From: a virus
Lineage: Duplodnaviria > Caudoviricetes
DNA length: 30,364 bases
Strand: one strand, 5' to 3'
Virus record (IMG/VR): IMGVR_UViG_3300042366_000428
Coordinates: 1 to 30,364 of that record
Shown: piece after piece, positions 9,799 through 18,666 of the stretch
Layout of the letters: each line of letters opens with the position of its first letter
Numbering within the stretch: the stretch's first letter is position 1
Translations under genes and position numbers: made by a program
Notes under the pieces: generated by a model
The model's database searches: none
Told to the model about the DNA's origin: nothing
The model's input: only the letters and a program-made list of their open reading frames with translations

Positions 9799-10454
9799 CA
9801 GAAGCTCCAGTCGGGGGTGGACTCACGGGCCAGGTCCCCCGGGCGTGGCCCGCTGCGTGACATGCGGTACTGCCGCAGCAGGTCCTCATCGGGGACGACA
9901 CCGAGGTTGGCCTCACGGAGGGCGATGTCCTCTCGGGCCGTGGCACGTTGGAGGGCGACTTCGCCTCCGGCCACGGCGGCCTGGGCGATCCCGCCGGTCA
10001 GGGCCTCGATCGCGCCCGCACGCGCCCGTGCCCGCTGCGCCGCGAGTGCGCGAAGCTCCTCGCGCTGGGCATCGGCCATCGCACGGTCGGCCCGCTGCAC
10101 CTCACGCTCAACTTCTCGCTGGGCCTCAGCGGTGCGCTGCTGACCCGCCATGCGGGCCAGGAACACGTCCCGGGCACCCGTCGCTCCAGCACCGGCCAGG
10201 CCACGGAGGGCGGCCTGCTCGGTACCGGCCTGGGCCTGAGCCACCGACCCTCCCAGGTCAGACCGGATCTCACCCTCCTGGGCCTCGGTGAGCCCGAGCC
10301 GGCCCATGGCCCGATCGCGGACCAGCTGCTGGAGGCGGCGCTCCTCCTCGTCCGAGAAGCTGCGCCGGGACGCCACGGCCCCGCCGATGCCCCGGGCCAG
10401 CCCGCCGGCGACGCCGAGGCCCGCACCGATCGCCGCGAGTGTTCCGATCGCCAT
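9798..10454 (-). CDS. Small internal virion (ejection-type) protein, 218 aa
   Basis: ATG 10454. Gly/Ala-rich hydrophobic N-terminus MAIGTLAAIGAGLGVAGGLARGIGG followed by a Gln/Arg coiled coil, typical of T7 gp14- and P22 gp7-like proteins. Confidence 0.65.
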   Translation of the reverse strand: MAIGTLAAIGAGLGVAGGLARGIGGAVASRRSFSDEEERRLQQLVRDRAMGRLGLTEAQEGEIRSDLGGSVAQAQAGTEQAALRGLAGAGATGARDVFLARMAGQQRTAEAQREVEREVQRADRAMADAQREELRALAAQRARARAGAIEALTGGIAQAAVAGGEVALQRATAREDIALREANLGVVPDEDLLRQYRMSRSGPRPGDLARESTPDWSF

Positions 10455-10456
10455 GG

Positions 10457-11182
10457 TCACACCCCCCACGCCTCGATGGCCACCGACCATCGGGCGAGAA
10501 CGGCCCGGTCACTCCGGGCGTAGTAACACAGTCCCACGGTCACCGCCCCCACCGACGCGAACGAGGCCTGGGGGCCAGGGTACAGGTACACCCCCTCCCG
10601 CTGCCCGTAGCCCGACAGGACGTAGGGTTCCACCGGGCCGTACGGCGCCGACCCGCGGAACCCGACATTGTTCCTCGTCTCCTGGGCACGGTCCATCTGT
10701 GGGGTCGAGAGGTTGCCGATGTACGGCGCGACGTAGACGTAGCGGTCCTCGACGTCGTAGTTGTAGCCGCTGGTGTACGTCAGGTCGTCGGGGCCGTTGG
10801 CGAGTTCGACCGACCAGTGCAGGAGCACCTTGCTGGCCCGGCGCAGTCGCAGGGTGAAGGACGCATTGGGCACCGGGGCCCACTCGTCGGGAACGATCCC
10901 GTTCTTGCCCCCGCCCGTGAAGAAGGACGACATGAAGCTGAGCCGGGCGCTGGGCCCGTCTCCGGTCTGACCGCCCTGCCAGCCGGAGACACCGTGTTGG
11001 AGCCCGCGGATCGGGTCGATCCGCGGCGGCTGGACGTGCCGCGTCTCGACCCACTGACCCGTGTCGAGGTCGCCCGCGACGATCCCCTCGTGCAGGTACA
11101 CGCGCAGGTCGTCGGTGTTGCCCTGGATGTCGGCGGCCGTGAGGGTCGTGGACGGGCTGAACGGGGTCGGGGTGTACGCCAT
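10457..11182 (-). CDS. Tail structural protein 3, 241 aa
   Basis: ATG 11182 is TGATG-coupled: MAYTPTPFSPSTTLTAADIQGNTDDLRVYL... Confidence 0.7.
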   Translation of the reverse strand: MAYTPTPFSPSTTLTAADIQGNTDDLRVYLHEGIVAGDLDTGQWVETRHVQPPRIDPIRGLQHGVSGWQGGQTGDGPSARLSFMSSFFTGGGKNGIVPDEWAPVPNASFTLRLRRASKVLLHWSVELANGPDDLTYTSGYNYDVEDRYVYVAPYIGNLSTPQMDRAQETRNNVGFRGSAPYGPVEPYVLSGYGQREGVYLYPGPQASFASVGAVTVGLCYYARSDRAVLARWSVAIEAWGV

Positions 11183-12129
11183 CAGACCACTCCCTTGTGG
11201 AGGATCGCGGTGAGGCCGCCCGAAGTGTACTCCAGGTAGGTGTCGCCGCCATCGTGGACCGTCGGCGCCCACGACCAGTAGTTGATCCCGCCCGAGTTGC
11301 GGGCGTGGGCTACGCCCGCGATGACGATCCTCAACCCGTAGACTGTGACGTTGGACACCGGGACGTAGAAGTACGCCCCGGAGACGCCGCGCCAGAGGAT
11401 CACGTTGGCGAGTGAGATGCCGTCGATCTGCCCGAGCCGGGCGTCGTCGTCGAAGTCGATCCACGGGGCCACCGGGCTGGTCGCAGCCGTCAGTGGCAGC
11501 TCGTCCCCGTAGCTCCCCAAGACGCCGGGGATCGCCTGATCGAAGTTGGACTGGTTGGGGACGGGCACCCAGTTGGTTAGGGCATTGCTGGTCACGTCCC
11601 ACTGCAGCCAGATCAGCCAGGCGAACTGGCCGTCACCGGCCGTCGTGGTGGACGGGGAGGCCCACACGTCGAGTTCGACCCCGTAGGGGGCCAGCGGTCC
11701 GGGGGACTGGCCCGACATCGTCTTGGTGATCCGGGGCCGCACACTGAGGTCCCAGTAGACCCGTAGCACGTCGCCGGGCGACATCGACCACCCCGACGCC
11801 CCGAGGGCCAGCGGGGTCGGGTTGCCCGCCCCATCCTCGACCACGTGCGGGGCCGGGAACGTGGCGCCGCCGTACGAGGCCACGGTGACCGCGGTGGAGT
11901 GGTCCATGCTCCCCGTGCCGATCGTGGCGGCGGCGGCCCGCTTGAGCACGACGCCCTGACCGGCCTCACCCGCGGCGTCGGGGAGGTTGGGCAGGTCGAC
12001 GGCGAACTCGCGGAGGTTGCTCGCGTTGATGTCAGCGGAGCCCGTGGCGAACCCGTCGTACTGGGCATCGAGCCCCGCCGACGTGATGTCGGTGCCCTCA
12101 CGGACGGCCGGGCGGGTGGGCAGGGACAT
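11182..12129 (-). CDS. Tail structural protein 2, 315 aa
   Basis: ORF track; TGATG-coupled at both ends. Confidence 0.7.
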   Translation of the reverse strand: MSLPTRPAVREGTDITSAGLDAQYDGFATGSADINASNLREFAVDLPNLPDAAGEAGQGVVLKRAAAATIGTGSMDHSTAVTVASYGGATFPAPHVVEDGAGNPTPLALGASGWSMSPGDVLRVYWDLSVRPRITKTMSGQSPGPLAPYGVELDVWASPSTTTAGDGQFAWLIWLQWDVTSNALTNWVPVPNQSNFDQAIPGVLGSYGDELPLTAATSPVAPWIDFDDDARLGQIDGISLANVILWRGVSGAYFYVPVSNVTVYGLRIVIAGVAHARNSGGINYWSWAPTVHDGGDTYLEYTSGGLTAILHKGVV

Positions 12130-12812
12130 CAGCGGCTCCGGCAGATGGCGAGGAACTTCATCCCGGCCAGGTGGTACTGCGCGAGGTGGTAGGCGTTGAT
12201 CGTCACGTCCACGAACGGGTCGTCAGGACCAGGGCCCGGCGCCCGCCACTGCAGGGTGACCCCGACGTCCCCGGGCGGCACGAAGGTGTGCCCGAAGATG
12301 CGGAAGGGCTCCAGCACGGCGGGGCCGATGTGCTCGGCCACGGTCACGCCGCCGACCAGGATCCGGAGGTTGATGTGCTTCGGGTTCGCCGGGGCCGTGG
12401 CGGAGAAGGTCTGCGCGAAGTGGTTCCACGAGAAGGCGTAGCCGGCCCACTCGACCAGGAGGCTACCCCCCTTACACCCGGTCAGGGTGATCGTCGGGAG
12501 GGACTGCCAGCCCCCCGAGTAGTTCTGGAAGGTGCCGCACTCCCACTGCGTCGGGCTGACCTGGTCCGACCGAACGTTGACCTGCTCACCCTCCATGTCG
12601 GCCACGGTGGGGAAGCGGACACCGAGCGTGGACGGGGCCCACACCTGCACCAGCGCGGTAGCGGGGACGGTGTCCTTGTCGAACGCGTCGAGTGGCAGTT
12701 GCGTCCGGTCGAGCGTGGCGAAGCTGCCCCCGGCGTCACCGAGGTCGAGGTTCAGGGTCTCCGGGCTGGCGGTGTTGCCGTCCCGGGCCTGCTGACGGGT
12801 CCAGGTCTTCAC
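12129..12812 (-). CDS. Tail structural protein 1, 227 aa
   Basis: GTG 12812 overlaps the nozzle stop (GTGA), with GGAAGG upstream: MKTWTRQQARDGNTASPETLN... Confidence 0.7.
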   Translation of the reverse strand: MKTWTRQQARDGNTASPETLNLDLGDAGGSFATLDRTQLPLDAFDKDTVPATALVQVWAPSTLGVRFPTVADMEGEQVNVRSDQVSPTQWECGTFQNYSGGWQSLPTITLTGCKGGSLLVEWAGYAFSWNHFAQTFSATAPANPKHINLRILVGGVTVAEHIGPAVLEPFRIFGHTFVPPGDVGVTLQWRAPGPGPDDPFVDVTINAYHLAQYHLAGMKFLAICRSR

Positions 12813-15016
12813 TGGCTTACCTTCCCTGCGATGACCTGCGTCCCGTCGGACGCGAAGCCGAGTTCCCACCCGACGAAGATGACATCCTCGTCCGTCTCGA
12901 ACTCCCAGCAGAACGAGAACGCCTTGCCGGGTGCCACGCCGACGCGGATCGGCACCAGCCGCTCCCTGGTCCACACGGCCCCCGAGTCCGTGGCGACCGT
13001 GCCGAGGACCGGTGTGTCCGCCGCGGTCGGGGGCTGACACTTGTAGGTGCGCTCCTCCACGGGTGTCAGCCCCCCGTCCCGGTAGTGCCGGACGGTCAGG
13101 GTGGGGTCGCCAGTGGTCATCAGGTTGACGACCACGTACTGGACGGCCTTCAGCGTTGCGGCCTCGCCGCCGTCCCACCACGCCGTCCGGTAGCGGCTGA
13201 CCGGTGCATCCCCGTAGACGAACATGTCCTCGACGATCTCACCGCCCAGGGCCCGGCGGCCGCTCAGGACGAACAGCCCTGCCTCGACCGGGGCGTTGTC
13301 CACCGATGCCTCGAAGCCCCGGTTGTGGCCGAACACCGGGGTCCCGGAGGCGTCCACGCAGATGGACCCGACCGGCCAGTCAGCGAGGCCGGTGTCGGGC
13401 TTCGGGGGCCGGGTCGACCAGGTCGGCCGCTCAAGCTGCGTCGTCTTGTCCACGTGCAGCACGTAGCCCATGTTCGGCCGATCGTAGCCGTCGACCGGGG
13501 CCCACAGGAGGTACTCACGCTGCTGGGGCCAGTAGACGGCCCACGCCCGCGCCTCGCACCCGGCGGTCAACCGGACCTGCAGGTCCTCACGGATCGTGCC
13601 GGAGAGCAGGACGGCTTCGACGGTGGACCCGCCGGACGTCACCGTGCCGGTCAGGGCGTACACCCCGTCCCTGGACAGGAAGACCAGCCCGAGGTTGGGC
13701 ACGGCGGCGATGGAGTGCGGCGCGAGGGTGCCGATGCCGGGGACGACGGTGACGACGCTGAACCCGCCGTCCTCACGCCGGACGGCCGCGTCGATGCTGC
13801 CCTCGCGGAAGATGAAGAGGGCCCCCGCGTGGGCGAACATCCCGGTCACCCCGCCGCCCTCGCCCGTCAGGCTGAAGGCGTTGATGACGGGGAACTGCTC
13901 GATCAGGTTCTCCTCGCTGTAGTAGAGCGAGGTCGGGTCGTTCGGGCCGCCGTCCAGCCACACCCGGCCCTCCCAGTAGGCGCTGAACCGTGCCCTGGGA
14001 GCGGGCATCACGCCCGTCGGGATGGCGGGGGCTGGGCTGATCAGGTTGACGGGGCGCACGGACTCGACGTGGATCAAGTCACTGTTGTTGCGGATCAGCG
14101 TCGTGAAGTAGAGCTGGTCGTCGCCGGCGTCCGGGGAGTCCTCGTGCAGGTTCTTCGTCCGGTAGATCTTCCGTGCCGCCGTCCCGGCCGGGCCGGTCGG
14201 GATGCTGGACGCGAAGGCGTACCAGAAGCCGGCGGCACCGGACGGCAGTTCCCAGGACACGGACCCGATGTCGCTGATCGGGCCCTCGGACCCGGTGTCG
14301 GTGACCATCGACACCGCGATGTTGATCGTCGCCCCGATGTTGGTACCGGAGCCGAGTGAGAAGCCCATGCCCCACCGACCGCCCGGGGTCACGACCGGGT
14401 CCACGGCGTCGGGGGCCTTGGGGTACCACAGGTGCGTCCCGACCGTGGTGCCCGACGTGGTGGGGGACGCGAGCGGGGCGACGACGTACGGCTGGGGCGC
14501 CTGGGGCTGCGATCGGAACCCGAAGTCCCGGATGCAGGACGCGATGGCCCCGCTGGACTCGGCGGCGTCGCCCAGGGGCCACGGGTACACGAGCACCGGC
14601 CAGTCGTGTCCGTTCGTGATCAGCGTCCCGTGCGGGGTGCTGGTGTACCAGGACGACGCCTCGGTGGGTGCGGGGACGTGCCGGCCGTCGGCCAGGGTCC
14701 GAATGAGGCGCTGCTGCCCCGACTGGTAGAACAAGTGGAGGTTCCCGCCCTCCTCGAACAGGATCGACTCCCTGGCCCCGCGGGCGAGGTCCTGTGCCGC
14801 GTGGATCGAGTACACGAAGGTCGTGGACTGGAACGGCACGAAGCCGTCGGTCGGATCAGGGCGGTACTTCTCGTAGCCCAGCCGCGTGCTGAACCCGCCC
14901 GTCCGCTGGTCCACCGTCAGGTTCTCCGCGACGGTGGCGCCCGACGGATCCTGGGGCTCCCGGGTGTCGATGCCACCCGCACCGTTGGGGGTGGGCCTGG
15001 TCTGCGTCGTCTTCAT
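12809..15016 (-). CDS. Tail nozzle or DNA stabilisation protein (T7 gp12 / P22 gp10-like), 735 aa
   Basis: N-terminal GGIDT...AENL...GGFSTRLGY; beta-propeller-like segments (YWEGRVW, LYYSE, LFIFREGSI, GIGTLAPHSI, LVFLSRDGVY); follows the adaptor. Confidence 0.75.
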   Translation of the reverse strand: MKTTQTRPTPNGAGGIDTREPQDPSGATVAENLTVDQRTGGFSTRLGYEKYRPDPTDGFVPFQSTTFVYSIHAAQDLARGARESILFEEGGNLHLFYQSGQQRLIRTLADGRHVPAPTEASSWYTSTPHGTLITNGHDWPVLVYPWPLGDAAESSGAIASCIRDFGFRSQPQAPQPYVVAPLASPTTSGTTVGTHLWYPKAPDAVDPVVTPGGRWGMGFSLGSGTNIGATINIAVSMVTDTGSEGPISDIGSVSWELPSGAAGFWYAFASSIPTGPAGTAARKIYRTKNLHEDSPDAGDDQLYFTTLIRNNSDLIHVESVRPVNLISPAPAIPTGVMPAPRARFSAYWEGRVWLDGGPNDPTSLYYSEENLIEQFPVINAFSLTGEGGGVTGMFAHAGALFIFREGSIDAAVRREDGGFSVVTVVPGIGTLAPHSIAAVPNLGLVFLSRDGVYALTGTVTSGGSTVEAVLLSGTIREDLQVRLTAGCEARAWAVYWPQQREYLLWAPVDGYDRPNMGYVLHVDKTTQLERPTWSTRPPKPDTGLADWPVGSICVDASGTPVFGHNRGFEASVDNAPVEAGLFVLSGRRALGGEIVEDMFVYGDAPVSRYRTAWWDGGEAATLKAVQYVVVNLMTTGDPTLTVRHYRDGGLTPVEERTYKCQPPTAADTPVLGTVATDSGAVWTRERLVPIRVGVAPGKAFSFCWEFETDEDVIFVGWELGFASDGTQVIAGKVSQ

Positions 15017-16371
15017 GGCGTGAACCGGACGGGGCCGTACCAGGCGGGAGGGTACGCGCCCGCCATCCCACCCCTGACGATGCGTCGGGGAGGGGAACCC
15101 AAGAATCGCTGCTCCATCCCGCGCATCAGGATGTCCCGCTTGCGGGCGTAGACCTGGGCCAGGGCGGCGTTGTCCACCTTGAGGGCGACCTGCTCCAGGG
15201 CCGCGTACGCGATGACCTGTGAGTACGACTCCGGCACGAGCGGGGTGTCGGTGTCCTCAACCATCTGCTCGGGCGAGTGCAGGATGCGGAGCCGGAAGTC
15301 CGAGTCCGCCGACGGGTGGGGGTACAGGGTGAAGGAACGGTACACCCCGTTGCTCGGGACGTACCGGATCGCCCGGGTCTGGAAGGTCTGCGACTGCAGG
15401 TAGCTGAGGCTCAGGTCGGGGGTCAGGGTCACGCCGCCGGCGGGGCTGATGGTGTCGCGGTTCGCGGTGCCTGACCCCACGGCCCCGGCGATGCGGACGG
15501 GGGCGTAGATCCCGGCCTCAGGGCAGGTGAAGTAGTAGCGCCGGTACAGGCCGCTGATGTTCGGAAGCGTCTCGGGCGTGAACGTGAGGGTCTGCAGGGC
15601 CGTCAGGTTGTAGGTGGCGACCTGGGAGAGGGCAGATTCCCGCCCACCGGACACACCGTCCCGGTAGACGGACGGGGTGGGGTACTCAGGGGCCGAGACG
15701 TTGACCATGTAGACGTTGATCGTCCGCACGCCCTGGGCCACCCCGGCCACGGTGGCGACCCCGTTGGTCACCCGGGGGGCCGGAACGCGGACGGGGCCGT
15801 GCGGGATGAACGCGGTCGGGGTGCCGAGCATCGTCCGGTCGTACTGCCACTGGTCCTCGGTGAACTGCCCCAGGGCGACCTGGTTGCGGGGCAACCCGTC
15901 GGTGATGTCCTGGACGTTCATCAGGGTTAGCGTGGTGGTCGGGAGCCACACCGGACGCATGCGGAAGGTGGCATCGTAGGTGCCAGTGGCACCGCGGAAG
16001 TCGGAGGTGAAGGTCAGTGCGTTCGTGGCGCTGACCCACGCGACATCGTTGGTGTACTCGTCGCCGTTGGAATCGGTGATGATGCACTCGGACCCATCGA
16101 GGATGGACCCGGGCAGGACCGGGTTCGTGCTCAGAGGGAAGGTGGACCCGGTCGTGACGGATGCGGACCCACTGGTGACACCGACCGAGATCGTCCGGTC
16201 GGTGTAGACCCGGGAGATGCCCTCACGCTGCGAGAACTCCCACGGGCGGTCGGTCAGCACCCGCACCTGTGCATCGTTGAGCAGGCGGGTCAGCTGGTCG
16301 GTGTAGGTCTGGTTGGTGGGGTCCCAGTCGAGAAGGTTGCCCACGAATGCCCGCAGGTCGGCAAGGTTCAC
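15013..16371 (-). CDS. Head-tail adaptor or ring protein with internal insertions, 452 aa
   Basis: N-terminal MNLADLR...LLNDAQ...RPWEF and C-terminal LYPHP...DTPLVPESYSQVIAYAAL are typical of podophage adaptor proteins. Confidence 0.7.
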   Translation of the reverse strand: MNLADLRAFVGNLLDWDPTNQTYTDQLTRLLNDAQVRVLTDRPWEFSQREGISRVYTDRTISVGVTSGSASVTTGSTFPLSTNPVLPGSILDGSECIITDSNGDEYTNDVAWVSATNALTFTSDFRGATGTYDATFRMRPVWLPTTTLTLMNVQDITDGLPRNQVALGQFTEDQWQYDRTMLGTPTAFIPHGPVRVPAPRVTNGVATVAGVAQGVRTINVYMVNVSAPEYPTPSVYRDGVSGGRESALSQVATYNLTALQTLTFTPETLPNISGLYRRYYFTCPEAGIYAPVRIAGAVGSGTANRDTISPAGGVTLTPDLSLSYLQSQTFQTRAIRYVPSNGVYRSFTLYPHPSADSDFRLRILHSPEQMVEDTDTPLVPESYSQVIAYAALEQVALKVDNAALAQVYARKRDILMRGMEQRFLGSPPRRIVRGGMAGAYPPAWYGPVRFTP

Positions 16372-16419
16372 GGGGTTCTCCGCCTACTGGGGTCAGGTGC
16401 AGGTGCAAGTGCAGAGCAG

Positions 16420-16458
16420 CCCCCGACGGTGAGTGGTTGTGACACTCACCGTCGGGGG
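16420..16458 (-). terminator. 16-bp perfect stem-loop after the capsid/cement genes (terminator, attenuator or stabiliser)
   Basis: cccccgacggtgagtg-gttgtga-cactcaccgtcggggg, 8 nt past the cement stop; no U-tract. Confidence 0.65.
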
Positions 16459-16466
16459 GCGTGGGG

Positions 16467-17156
16467 TCAGAACCCGCGCTTCAGCATGAACACGTCGGCC
16501 GCGTTGGCGGCCTCGTTGCCCAGGGCCACGGCCACGGGGCCCGCGACCGCGCCGACCGCCTTGGACGCCGCCGCCAGCCGGATCGCCACGACCTGGTAGA
16601 CCTTGTTGGTCGTGACCGTGAAGATGGCGTTGGTGCTGGTGTGCACGCCGGGGGTGACGGTGTACGCGCCGATGGTGGCGACGTTCAGGTCCTGCGGGAT
16701 GGCGAACACGAGGTCGGGGACGACGCCGAGGCCGTGGGCGGTGTTCTGCGCGGCGCCGGTGCCGGTGATGTTCCCCGAGAGGAACACCGCGGCGGACGCC
16801 GTGGCGGCACCGGAGATCGCCGCGAGGCGACCGGCGGTGGCGCCGACGTAGAGCGCCTGGCCCGCCAGGACACCGGACTCGACGTTGGCCCCGGCGGCGT
16901 AGCCGGTGACGACGACGGCGACGGGCTCATTGGCGGAGGCGCCGTTGAGCGCGATGCCGACGACGAGGGCGCCGGAGTTGGCGGGCGCCTCGACGACGTA
17001 CAGGGCCCGGTCGGCGCCGGTCTTCGACGTGTCGAGAGCCACAGCATCGCCAGCCGCGATGGTGCCCCCGGCGATGAGCGTCTCAACCTGCCGGCGGTTG
17101 CTGGTGGAGGACGGCTCACCGGCCTCAAGGAACTGGACGAGGGTAGAGGTAGCCAT
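16467..17156 (-). CDS. Capsid cement/decoration protein (DUF2190-like) with an inserted domain, 229 aa
   Basis: AGGTIAAGDAV, VVGIAL, VAVVVTG, AGQALY and PVAVAL motifs; directly after the major capsid gene. Confidence 0.7.
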   Translation of the reverse strand: MATSTLVQFLEAGEPSSTSNRRQVETLIAGGTIAAGDAVALDTSKTGADRALYVVEAPANSGALVVGIALNGASANEPVAVVVTGYAAGANVESGVLAGQALYVGATAGRLAAISGAATASAAVFLSGNITGTGAAQNTAHGLGVVPDLVFAIPQDLNVATIGAYTVTPGVHTSTNAIFTVTTNKVYQVVAIRLAAASKAVGAVAGPVAVALGNEAANAADVFMLKRGF

Positions 17157-17161
17157 GTTGA

Positions 17162-18193
17162 TCAGGCCTCCGCGTTGAGAAGGACGCAGCTGGACGCGAG
17201 GTGGCCGGTCACGAGCTGGCAGGACACCAGGACGCGGCTGGTCAGGGTCGCGGTGCCGGGGATCGGGGTCAGCTCGCTGACGTCGAACTCGCCGCCCTGG
17301 TCGAAGTAGAACTGGTTCATGTCGGACGAGATCGCGTAGGCGGACACGTCGTCACCCGCGGCGTTGGCGAAGCCAAGGCGGTTGTCGACGTAGACCTTCG
17401 CGCCGCGCCACATGGCCACCATCTCGCTGTCGACCAGGCCGTCGCGGCCGGACACGTCCTGGTACCGGTACGCGTCGGTCAGGAGGGCCTGGAAGGCCGA
17501 GAAGCAGTTGGGCGACATGAAGATGATGTCGGGCCGCTTGCCGTTCGGGTGGTACAGGCTCGCCCGGATCATCAGGGTGTCGAGGTGGCTGAGGTCGAAG
17601 GTGCCGCCGCTGTCGAACACCTGATTCTGCCAGTTGTCCGCAGCGAAGGTGGTCTTGCTCAGGCCGCCGACGGTGTTCGTGGTCTGCGCGCCGAAGGCCG
17701 CAGCCTGCATCCAGCCGGTGGTGTCGACCGGGAGAGTGGCAGTGCCCATGCCGTTCAGGGTCTGCAGGTCGGGGAGGATCGCGGTCTGGCCGCTGAAGAT
17801 CCGGTCCGACATCGCCGTACGCAGCGAGATCATCACGTTCTTCATCTTCTCCTCCAGGATGGACACTACGGCCAGGTCCCCCTTGGAGCGGAGCGTCTCA
17901 ACCTCGGAGACCACGATGGGCTGGACGAAGTTCGCCCACTCGAAGTTGGCCTTGCGGAAGGGGTCGGTCACGGCCAGGGACACGGGGTTGAAGCCGCTGC
18001 CGCTCAGGTTGGTGATCTGGCTGTGCTGGCCGAGGATCACGGGCTGCTCGATGCGCTGGCCGCCGGTCACGCGCTTCACGCTGCCCGCCGCGTCGAGGGC
18101 GCGGAACAGGGGGGTGCTGGTGAAGCTGTTGTCGATCAGCTTGTCCCGAAGGATCGGGAGGACGGTGGAGAGGACACTGTTCGGGGGAGCCAT
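17162..18193 (-). CDS. Major capsid protein (HK97 fold), 343 aa
   Basis: ATG 18193 with GGAGG. Pattern LIDN...PLF...GGQRIEQPV...ANFEW...IVVSEVE...SILEEKMKNV matches podophage-type capsid proteins; lies after the scaffold. Confidence 0.9.
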   Translation of the reverse strand: MAPPNSVLSTVLPILRDKLIDNSFTSTPLFRALDAAGSVKRVTGGQRIEQPVILGQHSQITNLSGSGFNPVSLAVTDPFRKANFEWANFVQPIVVSEVETLRSKGDLAVVSILEEKMKNVMISLRTAMSDRIFSGQTAILPDLQTLNGMGTATLPVDTTGWMQAAAFGAQTTNTVGGLSKTTFAADNWQNQVFDSGGTFDLSHLDTLMIRASLYHPNGKRPDIIFMSPNCFSAFQALLTDAYRYQDVSGRDGLVDSEMVAMWRGAKVYVDNRLGFANAAGDDVSAYAISSDMNQFYFDQGGEFDVSELTPIPGTATLTSRVLVSCQLVTGHLASSCVLLNAEA

Positions 18194-18241
18194 TGCGGCC
18201 TCCGGGGGTTGGGCGTAGGAAGTTCCTTGTTCTCTCTTGTG

Positions 18242-18307
18242 GCGTGCCCCAACCCGGGGTGCTCTCATCGTCTCAGCCGTGCCTCCACCCATGAAGGTGG
18301 AGGTGGC
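18242..18307 (-). ncRNA. Candidate cis-regulatory RNA: two hairpins, each with an A/CAC internal loop, in the capsid 5' UTR
   Basis: GCC-A-CCUCCACC(UUCAUG)GGUGGAGG-CAC-GGC at 18307-18276 and GC-A-CCCCG(GGU)UGGGG-CAC-GC at 18262-18242. Confidence 0.55.
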
Positions 18308-18321
18308 CTGCTGTCGGCATC

Positions 18322-18351
18322 ATTCTACCACACGAACCCGTACAGTGACAA
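18322..18351 (-). promoter_or_regulatory. Sigma70-like promoter for the capsid gene: TTGTCA-N18-TAGAAT with extended TG
   Basis: -35 at 18351-18346 and -10 at 18327-18322, preceded by TGg; the -10 overlaps the GIY-YIG stop codon. Confidence 0.65.
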
Positions 18352-18666
18352 CACCAATCTGTGCATCATGGCTGGTCTGCGCTTGTAATGCTGGGCCACG
18401 TGGCGGTTCAGGTTCAGGAACTTCTCGTCGCCCCAGTTGGTGTCGATGTAAGCCTGTTCCCACGCCGACAGCGCGTGCTCCTCGCACTCCACGAGAACCC
18501 CTGCATCAGTCCACCCGTACGAACGGAAGGCGGACAGGAACTTGCGATTCCAGTGCCCCCCGCGGACCAGATTCCTGTGGTGCCATTCCAATCGACGTTC
18601 GATGTCAGTAGATGATCCCTGGTAGAAGTACGGACCACACCAGATCTCGTAGATGCCGCATGCCAT
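18325..18666 (-). CDS. Free-standing GIY-YIG endonuclease (catalytic domain only), 113 aa
   Basis: GIY...FYQGSS..IERRL..H...H.N...WEQAYI...FLN; lower GC than its flanks (52-60% in two 60-nt lines counted). Confidence 0.88.
   Translation of the reverse strand: MACGIYEIWCGPYFYQGSSTDIERRLEWHHRNLVRGGHWNRKFLSAFRSYGWTDAGVLVECEEHALSAWEQAYIDTNWGDEKFLNLNRHVAQHYKRRPAMMHRLVLSLYGFVW

Noticed and set aside
17156-17164. Capsid-cement stop-codon readthrough fusion
   Set aside because: The 5-nt gap puts the genes out of frame, and no slippery sequence is evident.
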